DNA from: a virus
Length of the DNA stretch: 64,000 nt
Virus record (IMG/VR): IMGVR_UViG_3300035660_000001
Coordinates: 32,001-96,000 of that record
Reading direction: 5' to 3' (one strand)
The translations under genes and the position numbers were made by a program. This document shows, piece by piece, positions 26,704 through 36,700 of this stretch; position 1 is the first letter of the stretch, and the number at the start of each line of letters is the position of its first letter. The notes below the pieces were generated by a model. It was not told the DNA's origin and made no database searches. It worked only from the letters and a program-made list of their open reading frames with translations.

Positions 26704-27510
26704 ATGCCTGTCAAGTTCTTGGGTCCAGATCACGCTCGGATCGCCGCCTTCTTCCAGGAGGCCGACCAGCGTTTCGATGCGTTCAAGAGACGCTTCATCC
26801 GGGAGATCGCCAAGGAGTGTCTCGTCGTTTTGAAGCGGGCTCTTCCGGAGGGGGAATTCGACCTTTACCGAAATGCGTTTTCGGTGCGGGACATAGAGCC
26901 GGATAGGGAGATGGACGACGATAACATCATCGCCGCTGGGATTTATGGCGAGGCGAAAGAGGAGAATATCAATGACAAAGACGCCGTCACAACCCTCCTC
27001 TACTTCGATCTCAAGGGAGTCACGGTCCCTCCGTGGGGAGGAGTCTACGAACAGAACGAGCCATGGACGATGGATCAAGTTCCTGTTATCCCTGACCTCG
27101 AATTTTACCATATCATCTATCGTAACACGACGCCGGACGACGTGGTCGCCCGGAGAGAACAGCTCATCCCGATCGCCAAAGACGTAGCCGACCTGCTGTT
27201 CATGAATAACGTTCCTCTTCACTGGGGGCTGATCGGGTCGGGCCGTCCGGTCTACATGGACCTCGGCTTTAAGGCTGTTCAGACCGAGTTCGGGCTAGCC
27301 GGGGAGCGGTACATCGATCACTGGAAGCTGATGGTCTCGATGGTCCCGATCATCGTTCGCAGGGTGCTCTCTCGGGATCCTAAAATCCGGTCCAGGATTT
27401 TAGAGGATGGTTCTTACACGATGCATGACCTTAGAATAGAACCTAATGCGGTTCCGACCGAGCTGATGAGGGAGTCTGAGGAGTTCGTTAAAATGCTGAT
27501 CGGAGCGTAG
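26704..27510 (+). CDS. Hypothetical protein (neck/tail-completion region)
   Basis: Position before the tail terminator. Confidence 0.55.
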   Translation: MPVKFLGPDHARIAAFFQEADQRFDAFKRRFIREIAKECLVVLKRALPEGEFDLYRNAFSVRDIEPDREMDDDNIIAAGIYGEAKEENINDKDAVTTLLYFDLKGVTVPPWGGVYEQNEPWTMDQVPVIPDLEFYHIIYRNTTPDDVVARREQLIPIAKDVADLLFMNNVPLHWGLIGSGRPVYMDLGFKAVQTEFGLAGERYIDHWKLMVSMVPIIVRRVLSRDPKIRSRILEDGSYTMHDLRIEPNAVPTELMRESEEFVKMLIGA

Positions 27511-27520
27511 GAGATAGAAC

Positions 27521-28267
27521 GTGCCGTGGGCGCCAACAGACCCGCACATCATCGGGAACAGGATCGGGGAAGTATTTTTAAGGCACTTCGACGAGGGTGT
27601 GGCGAGGAGCCTTGGGGGAACGGTCGTGACGATGACTCCGGCCAGGGCCGCCGGGATGGGGATCGACCTGGCCAGGACTCCGGTCGTTCCTTCGGGGGGA
27701 GCGTGTTACACGGTAGTCGTTCCAGGTCTGGGGCAGGCCGCGTCGCCTCTCGAGGTTTTGGTTCACATCACCAATCCGGAGACATCCCTGCGGGATTACA
27801 TCATTCCCTCTTATGTGATCAAGCGAGGGAGCCCGACTCTGGCGATGGATCGGTTCGAGGTCGGGAAGCTGTCCTTCAGGGTTCCGGCCTCGGGATCCAC
27901 GCCTTCCGGAGTGGGCTACTCTGCCTACGCCGAGAGGGACGCCCCGTATCAGTGGGACATTCCCTACAGCATCCAGGGGCATGCGAGGAATCAGGGGCAG
28001 GGAGCGATCATGTTCCGCTTCATGCTCAGGAAGTTTCATCCTCTCGGGGCGATCTCCGTGTGGGATTCTCTCGGCATGGAGCGGGGCTACGACTTCGTTC
28101 TCGAGGGCGTTGAGGACTTGACCAACCTCGTGTCGTTAGCCAAGAGGGATGTTGCTTTCGGGGCGAGCATCCGAGTGTTAGGAGAGTTTGATCTTCATCC
28201 GGAAAGAGAGGAGAGGAGCGTGTGGGGCGAGGTTTTAACCTTTGATCAGGGAGTTCAACCGTCATGA
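27521..28267 (+). CDS. Tail terminator/completion protein (gp15-like)
   Basis: VFLRHFDEGV..SLG, IIPSYVIKR, PYQWDIPYSI; upstream of sheath. Confidence 0.55.
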   Translation: MPWAPTDPHIIGNRIGEVFLRHFDEGVARSLGGTVVTMTPARAAGMGIDLARTPVVPSGGACYTVVVPGLGQAASPLEVLVHITNPETSLRDYIIPSYVIKRGSPTLAMDRFEVGKLSFRVPASGSTPSGVGYSAYAERDAPYQWDIPYSIQGHARNQGQGAIMFRFMLRKFHPLGAISVWDSLGMERGYDFVLEGVEDLTNLVSLAKRDVAFGASIRVLGEFDLHPEREERSVWGEVLTFDQGVQPS

Positions 28268-28635
28268 AAGAATATCGCTACACTTCGACGACGCCGCAAG
28301 TTATCAAGTTTGCGGAGAAGAACGGGACGGTTGTTTATATCCGGCATTATGGCAACCACCAGACCACAACGCCGCCGTCCTTTCATCTCAACAAGCCCCT
28401 GCTCGAGAGTGGTCGACTCGTGTATGTCGGGGAATTTGAGAATGAAATCTTGGTGGTCGGCGTTGCCGAGCACGTGACGCACGAGAAGAAGCCGGACGTA
28501 CCGCCTCCTCCGAGGCCCACACCGCCGCCCGAGCCGAAGGTCGATCCGGGTGCTCTGAAGGCTGAGGAGACCAGGAGGGTAGAAGTCCCGCAATCCAGAC
28601 CCATGAAACAGCAAAGACCGAGAACGGATAACTGA
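28264..28635 (+). CDS. Hypothetical protein with Pro-rich tail
   Basis: ATGA overlap; directly before sheath. Confidence 0.5.
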   Translation: MKEYRYTSTTPQVIKFAEKNGTVVYIRHYGNHQTTTPPSFHLNKPLLESGRLVYVGEFENEILVVGVAEHVTHEKKPDVPPPPRPTPPPEPKVDPGALKAEETRRVEVPQSRPMKQQRPRTDN

Positions 28636-28649
28636 GAGGAGGATAAGTC

Positions 28650-30221
28650 ATGCCCGAATATTTGAGCCCTGGAATTTTCATCCAGGAGAAGAGTGAGGGC
28701 GCCCGGGCGATCGCTGGTGTCGGGACGTCTACGTGCGTTTTCCCTGGCATCGCAGAGCGGGGCCCTGTCGACGGGGCGAATGCGAACGTCCCGTACCCAC
28801 TGTTCATCGTGGGCTATGCCGACTACGAGACCAAGTTCGGCAGGATGAACCGCTACACCGACGGCGGGTCGGTCTACGAGTTCTTCGATCTGCCCCAGTC
28901 GGTGGCCATGTTCTTCAACAAAGGCGGTCTGCGGGCGTATATCGCCCGACTGATCGGAGCCGATGCCGCGACGGCCAAGATTGTCACCGGAGCCAACGAG
29001 TGGACGATCTGGTCCGGGAAGTGGTACGGGAAGAACACAATCAAGGAGCCCGGGAAGTGGGGCAACCGGGTGTCTGTGACCGTCACCCCAAATCTGGACT
29101 ACAGCCCGCTCAAGCATGACGTGGCTGTGTTCTACCAGGACACCCCGACCTCGGACGTCGTGCAGGTCGAGGCGTTCACGGCGGTCGACTTCCTGGATGC
29201 CGCATCCCCGTCTTATTTCCCGGAAGTGATCAATGCCGGGTCCAATTTCATTTGGGCGGCAAAGGGAATCGGGGGAGTTCCGGCGGCCCTTCCTTCCGGA
29301 ACGTCCTGCTCGGGCGGGACGGAGGGGACGGCGATCACCCAGGCCATCTGGGGGAGTTCGCAGTCCGGGGCGCTCGCAACCCTCAACATCATCGACGAGA
29401 TGTTCATGATCGTCGCTCCCGACGAGATGTGGTATTCCGATGGCGCCACAGCGGCGGCGGTCCAGGGAGCCCTGATCGACTACGCCGACTACCGGAAGTA
29501 TGTCTTCGCCATCTGCACACCTCCGAGCGGCCTTTCTCCGCAGGATGCCCTGTCGTGGATGCGGACGACACTCAACAAGAACTCCCAGAGATATGCCGTC
29601 TACTATCCCTGGGTGAAGATCCAGGACCAGCTCAACCTCGGCAGGCCGAAGCTCTTCCCGAACGTCGGCTTGGTCGCCGGGGTCTATGCCGCGACGGACA
29701 ACAACCGGAACGTGGCGAAGGCGCCTGCCGGGATCACGGACGGGGCATTGTCCGGGATCATTGACCTCGAGCGGACGCTGACGAAGGCCGAGCGGGATCT
29801 GATTTACCCCGCACGGATCAACCCCCTGATCAGCACCCCTCAGACGGGCCGCTGTGTCTGGGGCGCCCGGACCGGATCGCTCGATTCTCTCTGGCGTTAC
29901 GTGCCTGTCGTGCGGACGTTCCAGTTCCTCGAGAAGAGCACGTTCGACGCCACGCACTGGATCGTGTTCGAGAACAACGACGCCGGGACCCGGCTGAAGG
30001 CCAAGCTCCAGATGGAGAGCTTCCTGCTCTTCTACTACAACGAGGGCTACTTCGCCGGAAACACCCCGGAGGAAGCCTTCTTCGTGGTCTGCGACGACAC
30101 CAACAATCCACCGGAGGCTGTGGAGGCCGGATTCCTCTACATCAAGGTGGGGGTCGCCCCGCAGAGGCCAGCCGAATTCGTCGTGTTCCAGTTCATGCAG
30201 AAGACGACGAAAGCCCAATAG
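28650..30221 (+). CDS. Tail sheath protein
   Basis: EYLSPGIFIQE, YYPWV, KAPAG, INPL, VWGART, WRYVPV, VFENND, EEAFFVVCD..NN, APQRPAEFV. Confidence 0.97.
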   Translation: MPEYLSPGIFIQEKSEGARAIAGVGTSTCVFPGIAERGPVDGANANVPYPLFIVGYADYETKFGRMNRYTDGGSVYEFFDLPQSVAMFFNKGGLRAYIARLIGADAATAKIVTGANEWTIWSGKWYGKNTIKEPGKWGNRVSVTVTPNLDYSPLKHDVAVFYQDTPTSDVVQVEAFTAVDFLDAASPSYFPEVINAGSNFIWAAKGIGGVPAALPSGTSCSGGTEGTAITQAIWGSSQSGALATLNIIDEMFMIVAPDEMWYSDGATAAAVQGALIDYADYRKYVFAICTPPSGLSPQDALSWMRTTLNKNSQRYAVYYPWVKIQDQLNLGRPKLFPNVGLVAGVYAATDNNRNVAKAPAGITDGALSGIIDLERTLTKAERDLIYPARINPLISTPQTGRCVWGARTGSLDSLWRYVPVVRTFQFLEKSTFDATHWIVFENNDAGTRLKAKLQMESFLLFYYNEGYFAGNTPEEAFFVVCDDTNNPPEAVEAGFLYIKVGVAPQRPAEFVVFQFMQKTTKAQ

Positions 30222-30239
30222 GTGAATCGTGGATAAGGA

Positions 30240-30365
30240 ACGCGCCGCACAGAGCCCGGACGGTAAGCCCGCAGAGTGGACGCCCGTAGAGAGCGCCACA
30301 ACGACGGGTAACGTCCCCCCGCACTTGGGGGTCCCGCCGTTTCCGCTGGTGATGGTGCGGCGCGT
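30240..30365 (+). ncRNA. Candidate multibranch structured RNA between sheath and tube
   Basis: 11-bp closing stem 30240-30250/30355-30365 with inner stems. Confidence 0.45.
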
Positions 30366-30417
30366 CCCCCCGCGAGAAAAAGACGACGAACGAGACGACG
30401 AATAGGAGGACTTAAAC

Positions 30418-30945
30418 ATGGGCGCAAGAGCACAAGTAACGGACTTCCTCCAAGCATATCGCTTCCACGTGACGTGCGATGCGGGGGCCCCCGGCTACAT
30501 CAAGGACGCCTTCGGACCGCCTCATGGTGGCTTCCGGACCTGTAACTTCCCAGAGTTCAGCACGGATGCCGTGGTCTACAAGGAAGGCATCTGGCGGATG
30601 GAGAGGAAGTATCCTGGGAACACGACCGTTTCGGACTGCACCCTCGAACGGGGTGTGGTGAAGAGCAACAACGGGTTCTACGACTGGATCGTGAAGAAGA
30701 TCAACGGCCAGGACTACCGTGTCGACATCAACATCCTGCACTTCCACCGGGACGACTGGAAGAGCGACGCCAAGCATCCGGACCCCTGGCAGGTCAACAC
30801 CGGGTCGGCCAACCGGAGGGTCATCCTTCACGAGGCGTTCCCGATCCGTTGCAAGCTGGCGTCGGACTTCGACGCCACATCTGGGGAGATTTCCGTGGAG
30901 TCCCTGGACCTCGCCTTCGAGTGGATGCAACTCGACGTCGGGTAA
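30418..30945 (+). CDS. Tail tube protein (gp19/Afp1-like)
   Basis: DFLQAYRFHV, GF..C..P, YKEG, TLERGV, FDATSGEISVESLDLAFE. Confidence 0.9.
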   Translation: MGARAQVTDFLQAYRFHVTCDAGAPGYIKDAFGPPHGGFRTCNFPEFSTDAVVYKEGIWRMERKYPGNTTVSDCTLERGVVKSNNGFYDWIVKKINGQDYRVDINILHFHRDDWKSDAKHPDPWQVNTGSANRRVILHEAFPIRCKLASDFDATSGEISVESLDLAFEWMQLDVG

Positions 30946-30977
30946 TCGATATTCCGAGTAGAGGCCGGAGGTGACCG

Positions 30978-31559
30978 TTGGCAAGGAAGCATCGCTTTAC
31001 CGAGTTTCTTCAACCGAACGTTTTCTATGTCTTGGACTACTCGCTGGGAGAAACCAGCATGCTGGCCCAGCTCGTCCAGGCGGGCTTCCGGAGCATCAGT
31101 GCGCCGGAGCTCACCTTAGAGACAGCGGAAATCAAGGAAGGGAATTGGCCGTTCAAACGCAAGCTCATTACGGGGGCCGCAGTCAATACCCTGACTCTCT
31201 CGAAGGGGGTCACGTTCTTCGACAGCGACTTCTGGCGGTGGGCAAGCAGGGCCTCGGTAGGCGCGAAGACCTTCGGCCTCGATATCGGGATGTTAGGGCT
31301 CAAGAGCGGGTTTCGAAAGGACCTGTTCCTGATTCAGTTCCTGCGGGGCGTTCCGAACGCCATGAAGTTCTTCCTTCCCTTCGGGGGATGGGATCGTGGA
31401 TTGAATGTTTTTCCAGCCAAGATATGGATGCTCGAGAACACGATCCCAACCCGCTACAAGGTGGGAACGGATTTCGACGGATCGACGGGGGAGATATCGA
31501 TAGCCGAAATTGAGCTATCGATGGAAAACTTCGACGAAATAGCGATCGCTTCTCTCTGA
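30978..31559 (+). CDS. Second tail tube-like protein
   Basis: GFRSISAPE, IKEGNW, LTLSKGV, DFDGSTGEISIAEIEL; paralogue of upstream gene. Confidence 0.85.
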   Translation: MARKHRFTEFLQPNVFYVLDYSLGETSMLAQLVQAGFRSISAPELTLETAEIKEGNWPFKRKLITGAAVNTLTLSKGVTFFDSDFWRWASRASVGAKTFGLDIGMLGLKSGFRKDLFLIQFLRGVPNAMKFFLPFGGWDRGLNVFPAKIWMLENTIPTRYKVGTDFDGSTGEISIAEIELSMENFDEIAIASL

Positions 31560-31586
31560 TTTTTTTTGAACGGAGGTGTGTAACTC

Positions 31587-31943
31587 ATGGCGTATATAGA
31601 TGAGGAAACTTTTTACCAGATCAAGGCGGAGGTGGTCGCCAGGGACAAGGTCTGCCAGCACTGCGGGGGAGATCAGAACCTGGTGATGCACAAGGTCGAC
31701 CCGGAGGCCAATGGGCAGGCCATCGGGTACGTTCTGCTCTGCGAGTACTGCGACTTTGTCGCCGAGAGTGAGAAGGGGAGGAAGCGGTTCGGGGATAAGA
31801 TCCCAGTGCGGGCGAACTTCCTGCTTTCCCGGGGTCAGAGAGACCTGCTCATCGAAACCGCCCGTGCCCAAAACATCAGCGCCAGCGAGTTCGTCCGGGA
31901 TTTGCTTGACCGGGAGCTCAGGCCAGCGCACCTGCGGAGATAA
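31587..31943 (+). CDS. Degenerate HNH-like Zn domain fused to ribbon-helix-helix
   Basis: RDKVCQHCG..NLVMH...LLCEYC; ANFLLS...ARAQNISASEFVRDLL. Confidence 0.55.
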   Translation: MAYIDEETFYQIKAEVVARDKVCQHCGGDQNLVMHKVDPEANGQAIGYVLLCEYCDFVAESEKGRKRFGDKIPVRANFLLSRGQRDLLIETARAQNISASEFVRDLLDRELRPAHLRR

Positions 31944-31969
31944 CCTTTAGTCTGGATGGGATTGACTCT

Positions 31970-32389
31970 ATGACTTCCTTCGGCCCGTTTAGCCCAGCTT
32001 TCTGGGAGGCGGTATCGAAATACGGAGCCCTGACCGTTGTTGCGGTGGTTGTCATTCTCGGGGCGTTGTGGTTCGCGATGAAGACCCTCGATAGGCTGAT
32101 CAAGGACAAGACGGAGCAGAGCAACAAGGCTACCGAGGAGAGGAAAACCATGACGGAGAAGTTTCTGGCTTCTCTGGAAAGGGTGACTTCGGACTACAGG
32201 ACGGTGACGATCGATAACACCAGAATCCTGCAGGCCCTAGTAGATAGCATAAACAGAAGAGAGGAGGGATGCCTCGCTCACCAGCGGAAGCAGGATGAGA
32301 CGCTGTCCACCGCCGTTTCACAGCATGGAGTGATCGCCGAGCGGATGGTGAGCATCGACCGCAGGCTTGAGGGCATAGAGAAGAAATGA
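31970..32389 (+). CDS. Holin-like single-TM protein
   Basis: N-terminal hydrophobic helix plus coiled coil (BhlA/UviB-like layout). Confidence 0.45.
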   Translation: MTSFGPFSPAFWEAVSKYGALTVVAVVVILGALWFAMKTLDRLIKDKTEQSNKATEERKTMTEKFLASLERVTSDYRTVTIDNTRILQALVDSINRREEGCLAHQRKQDETLSTAVSQHGVIAERMVSIDRRLEGIEKK

Positions 32390-32794
32390 ATGAGCATTCT
32401 AATCGTGGACGACAACATGTTCGTTAGAGAGATGCTAAAAGACCTCCTCGAGCATAACGGGTACACCGTTTCTCTGGCGGATGGGGGGGTATCGGGATTG
32501 CAGAAGATCAAGGAGACCAAACCCCAGCTTGTGGTCTTGGACCTGATGATGCCGGACATGGACGGGTTTACGGTTTACGAGCAGATGAAACGGGACGACG
32601 AGATGAGAAACGTGCCCGTAATCGTGCTGACGGCATTACAAGAGTCCGATCTCAAGCCGGAGAAGAGAAGTATCCTGAGCGGCGTGAGGAAGTTCATCAC
32701 GAAGGGGACACCGGCGTTCAAACCAAAGGCGTTCTTGGAAGACGTCCACCGGATCGTTTCTAGCGATAACGGGGACAAGACGTTGGTCGTGTGA
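32390..32794 (+). CDS. Single-domain response regulator (CheY-like receiver)
   Basis: ILIVDD, LDLMMPDMDG, VIVLTA, FITKG. Confidence 0.9.
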   Translation: MSILIVDDNMFVREMLKDLLEHNGYTVSLADGGVSGLQKIKETKPQLVVLDLMMPDMDGFTVYEQMKRDDEMRNVPVIVLTALQESDLKPEKRSILSGVRKFITKGTPAFKPKAFLEDVHRIVSSDNGDKTLVV

Positions 32795-32830
32795 GGCCAA
32801 TAACTTTTGATGCAGAAAGGAGTCGGAGCA

Positions 32831-33577
32831 ATGGAAACACAGGAACTTAAGCACATCCTTCCCGGGGGTCTGATCAAGGAAGGGAAGCTGTATGATCGGG
32901 TTTGCCTCCGTGAGATGACGGGCGTGGAGGAGGACATCATGATCGACCGGAAGCTCTCGGTCGGTCGCCGGATGAATCTCGTCATGGCGAACTGCATGAC
33001 GAGCCTGGAAAGCGAGGACGGGGATGAGGTCGATGGGGTCATCGACTCGAAGGGGATGCTCGACGCCGTCCAGGACCTGACGGTCGGGGATCGGGTTGTC
33101 CTGATGCTTCTTATCAGGGAGGCGTCTCTCGGCCCGATGTTTCCCATGCGGGTGAACTGCCCGGAGTGCGGGGAGGCGGGGAACTACCAAGTCAACCTTC
33201 ATGATCTCGTGATCAAGGCTCTCCCGGACAAGATGGTTCGGGAATATACCGAGACCCTTCCGTCCGGACAGAAAGCGAAGCTCAAGATCATGACGGGTCG
33301 GGAGGAGGGGCTTCTGACGGCGAAGAGGAACGACCCGGACTTTCTGAGCCATGCCATCGGGCTCCGCTTGGTGGAGCTCGAGGGCAAGCCCGTTGGGAGC
33401 GTCCACCAGATCAAGGCTTTGTCCCTGAAGGATCGCAATGCCCTTCGGACGGCCTTCGAAGAGCATGAAGGGGGGGTCGACACGGACATCGACATCACCT
33501 GCGACAAGTGCGGTCGGGAGTCGACGGTCGTCCTGGATATCGCCCAGAAAGATTTTTTCTTCCCATCGGCGACCTAG
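32831..33577 (+). CDS. Tail assembly chaperone / baseplate hub assembly protein
   Basis: REMTG.EEDI, LTVGDR, CPECG and CDKCG, DFFF end; before tape measure. Confidence 0.75.
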   Translation: METQELKHILPGGLIKEGKLYDRVCLREMTGVEEDIMIDRKLSVGRRMNLVMANCMTSLESEDGDEVDGVIDSKGMLDAVQDLTVGDRVVLMLLIREASLGPMFPMRVNCPECGEAGNYQVNLHDLVIKALPDKMVREYTETLPSGQKAKLKIMTGREEGLLTAKRNDPDFLSHAIGLRLVELEGKPVGSVHQIKALSLKDRNALRTAFEEHEGGVDTDIDITCDKCGRESTVVLDIAQKDFFFPSAT

Positions 33578-33741
33578 ACCATCTCGAGCATGATCTCATG
33601 TTTTTCTTCGAAGCGTGGAGGATGCCATACCTGGACGTTATGGCTCTTCCGTGCTCTAGGCGCCAGCGGCTGATAGACCTGAAGGTGGATATGCGGAAGA
33701 GGGGGAAGGACTTGCCTGCTCTACTCGAAGAAGGAATCTAG
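33553..33741 (+). CDS. -1 frameshift extension of the chaperone
   Basis: Slippery T TTT TTC at 33553-33559; -1 frame reads ...EHDLMFFFEAWRMPYLDVMALPCSRRQR. Confidence 0.65.
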   Translation, partial: FFLPIGDLDHLEHDLMFFFEAWRMPYLDVMALPCSRRQRLIDLKVDMRKRGKDLPALLEEGI

Positions 33742-33747
33742 TAACTT

Positions 33748-36700
33748 ATGCCAACCTGGAATTTCCTAGTCGGTCTCGGCATCGTCGATCAGGGAACGGG
33801 TAAGTTCCTGAAGGACACTAAGAAAGAGCTCGATGGGACTACGGGTAGTTTCAAGAGCCTCGGGAATACCGCCGACGACGTAGCCGACCGGACCGCTAAG
33901 GGCGCCAAGCAGATGGCCGACGCCGTTGACAAGAGTTCCAGGGAAATGAGCCGATCGTGGAGGGATGCTGGGAAGAGCGCCCGGCAGATGGGCGGTGGCC
34001 GAGGTGGAGGCCGGGGAGGTCGGGGGGGAGATAAATACGGGTTCCTCGGTTTCGATATCAGGGACATAGGAGACAAGCTCAAGGGTCTGGGTAAGGCCGG
34101 GGGCGGTATTTTCACGGGTCTGGCCGGGGACTTCGGGGACATGATCGACACGAACGTCGAGTGGAGCTCGAGCTTTAAGGAGACGGCGGGGATATCCGAG
34201 AAGTCCGTAGCCCGCATGTCGACGTCTATCGTGACGCAGATGCATCGGGCCGGGATCGGGATCCGTGAGGCCAGCGGGGCGTGGGAGGATTTACGGGAGA
34301 ACCTGACGTCCGACGAGGCGGTCCGGGATATGAAGCGGGCGGTGGGCCTGAAGGAAGCCTTTGATATCCCGGCGTCGACGTATGCCACGTGGGTCGGGAT
34401 GTCGGAGACTTCCGGCCTGACCCAGAAGAACATGGCCGACCTGTTAGATACGTCTGCGGGCATGACCAAGAAGATGGGGCTTCCGAAGGGCTTTCTCAAG
34501 GAGATGATGGGGCTGTCGGAGACGGCCAGTGAGATCTCCCTCTCCTTTGGGTTAGCTCCCGAGAAGACCGCGAGCATGACGAAGAGCATGATGCGGGCCG
34601 CCGCGGCGATGCAGAAGACCCTCAAGATCGGGATCGAAGATGCAACCCGGTCAATTGAGAACATGGTCAAGAAAACGTCGGATCGCCGGAGGGAGATGCG
34701 GAGGTTCAGCCTCGGCCTCGGCGGGGATATGGACGCCGTTATGGACTCGGTAACGAATCTCGCTAAGGGTGTGGGGGATGCCGACTTTGCCTTCTCCCTG
34801 CTCATGGATCAGGACCCGACCGACGTTAAGAAGAAGCTGATAGATTTTGCCAAGACGATTCAGGGGGACACGACGGCGACCAACCGACTTTATGAAACCG
34901 TATCGGAAGCCTTCGGGGAGGACACGGCGAATGAGGTCGTCCGCCTGGGGAAGAAGATGGAGAAGAACCTGGGCGATGCCGCCAAGTCGCAGACGGCGAA
35001 CTTCGGGGAGATGGGGAAGTCTATCGAAGACGTCATGGCTACGGCGACCCGGGCGGAGAACCGGGCGAAGATGGCCGAACAGGTAAAGCTCTTCCAGGAG
35101 GGGTCGTTCTTCGTCGGGGAGTATGTGCGCCAGCTCGGAAAGTATGCCGACGCACAGGACAAGATCGCCAGGAAGACTACAGGCTGGGCGGGGGCCCACA
35201 AGAAGGCGATGGACTTCATAGCTAAGTTTGTCGTCGGCAAGCAGATGATGGAGTTCGCTGGCGGTAGGCGTGGTGGCGGGGGTTTTGCGGGTCTGATTCC
35301 TTCTCTCGGAATTGCGGGCGCGTCCATCGCTGGGTTGCTGGGAGGCTTTGGGGGGATGGGCAGAGGCGTGGGCCTCTTCGGAGGCGTGGCCGGGAAGTTA
35401 GGTGGAATCCAGCCGCTCGGATGGCTCAAGGGTCTCTTCGGAGCAGGGAAGGGTGTCGGGGCGGGAGCGAAGGGAGTCGGAGCGGCGGAAGAGGTTGCCG
35501 GGATGGGGGCGGGAGCCGCAGAAGCAACGGGAGGCTTTGCCCGGTTCCTCGGAGTGCTGGGAAAGGTGTCTGTTGTCCTGACGGCGATCGTCGCGGCCGC
35601 TGATTTCCTCTTCCGGGGGATCCCGAGGTTCGTCGGCATCTGGAAAGAGGGAGGGTCGATCTGGGAGAAGGGTTGGAAAACCGGAGTGGCCTACGCCGAC
35701 ACCGTGTCCCAGGTCTTGAACGATCTTACCTTCGGGCTCTACAAGTATATCGACATCTGGGGCTACATCCGTCGCTTTCTGGGCGATGACTTTCTTCTCA
35801 AATACCTTCCGAAGTTTTTCTCCGAGATCATGGGGCAGGCCGTGAGTCTTCTTAAGACAGTCATGAGCATCGGGGCAAGAATTGTCAAGTTCGGATGGGA
35901 TGTCAACGTAGCCCGGCCACTGAAGGTCGTCTGGGGTATTTTAAGGGGGGTTGCGGGAGCGATCGGATGGGCTGTTCAGAACCTCTGGAATCTCGACAAG
36001 GCCGTGTGGGGATGGGAGGCGTCTGTTGGAAAGGCTTTCGGGGGATTCGCCGTGAACCTTTTCAAATGGATTGGCCTTCCGATCGAGAACGTCGCTAAGG
36101 ATGCGATCGAGTGGGTCAAAGACATCATCCGGGTTCCCATGCAGTGGATACAGCAACACCTCGGTTGGATCAAGGACATCTGGGACAAAGCCTTCGGACC
36201 GATCAAGGATTATATCGAAGCTGTAAAGGCGTTCATCGATCTCCGGAAGGGGGAGATGGCAACCGAGACCGGGGTTGGTGGTGCAGGGACGTGGGGGAAG
36301 GATACCTGGGGGGACGTCCTTGGTGGTGGGGCCACAATGAAGCGGTTCGGGGGTGGCCCGAACGTCGCGGCCCTTCAAACGAGATTCGGCCCGGACTTTC
36401 TCGACAAGATCATGGGAATAGAATCCGCCGGGGGGAAGGCTGAGGGAAAGGCTTCTTCGAAGGGTGCCCGGGGGTTAATGCAGTTAATGCCTTCAGTTTA
36501 CGAACCCCACGGTTTGACTGCTGAAATGCTTTCCCAACCCGAAGCGGCGGCAAGAAAACATCTCGGCAAAGGAGCTTCGGAGCAGAGCATTAAGGCGATG
36601 GCCGAGACTTATCGCAAGCGGGGCGTCGAGGTCGGGACCGGGGAGCTCGTCCGCTATTACGACTCCTATCTCAAGCAGGGATACTCCCAGGATCAGGCTC

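Noticed and set aside
30255-30280. Twister-like CGGUAAGCCCG...GCAGAG
   Set aside because: The loop lacks the pseudoknot-forming bases; kept only as a generic structured-RNA candidate.
28383-30419. Long minus-strand ORFs (also 5887-7368, 10866-11900, 52393-53661 and others)
   Set aside because: Antisense shadows of well-supported plus-strand genes with GC-rich third positions; no RBS or family motifs.
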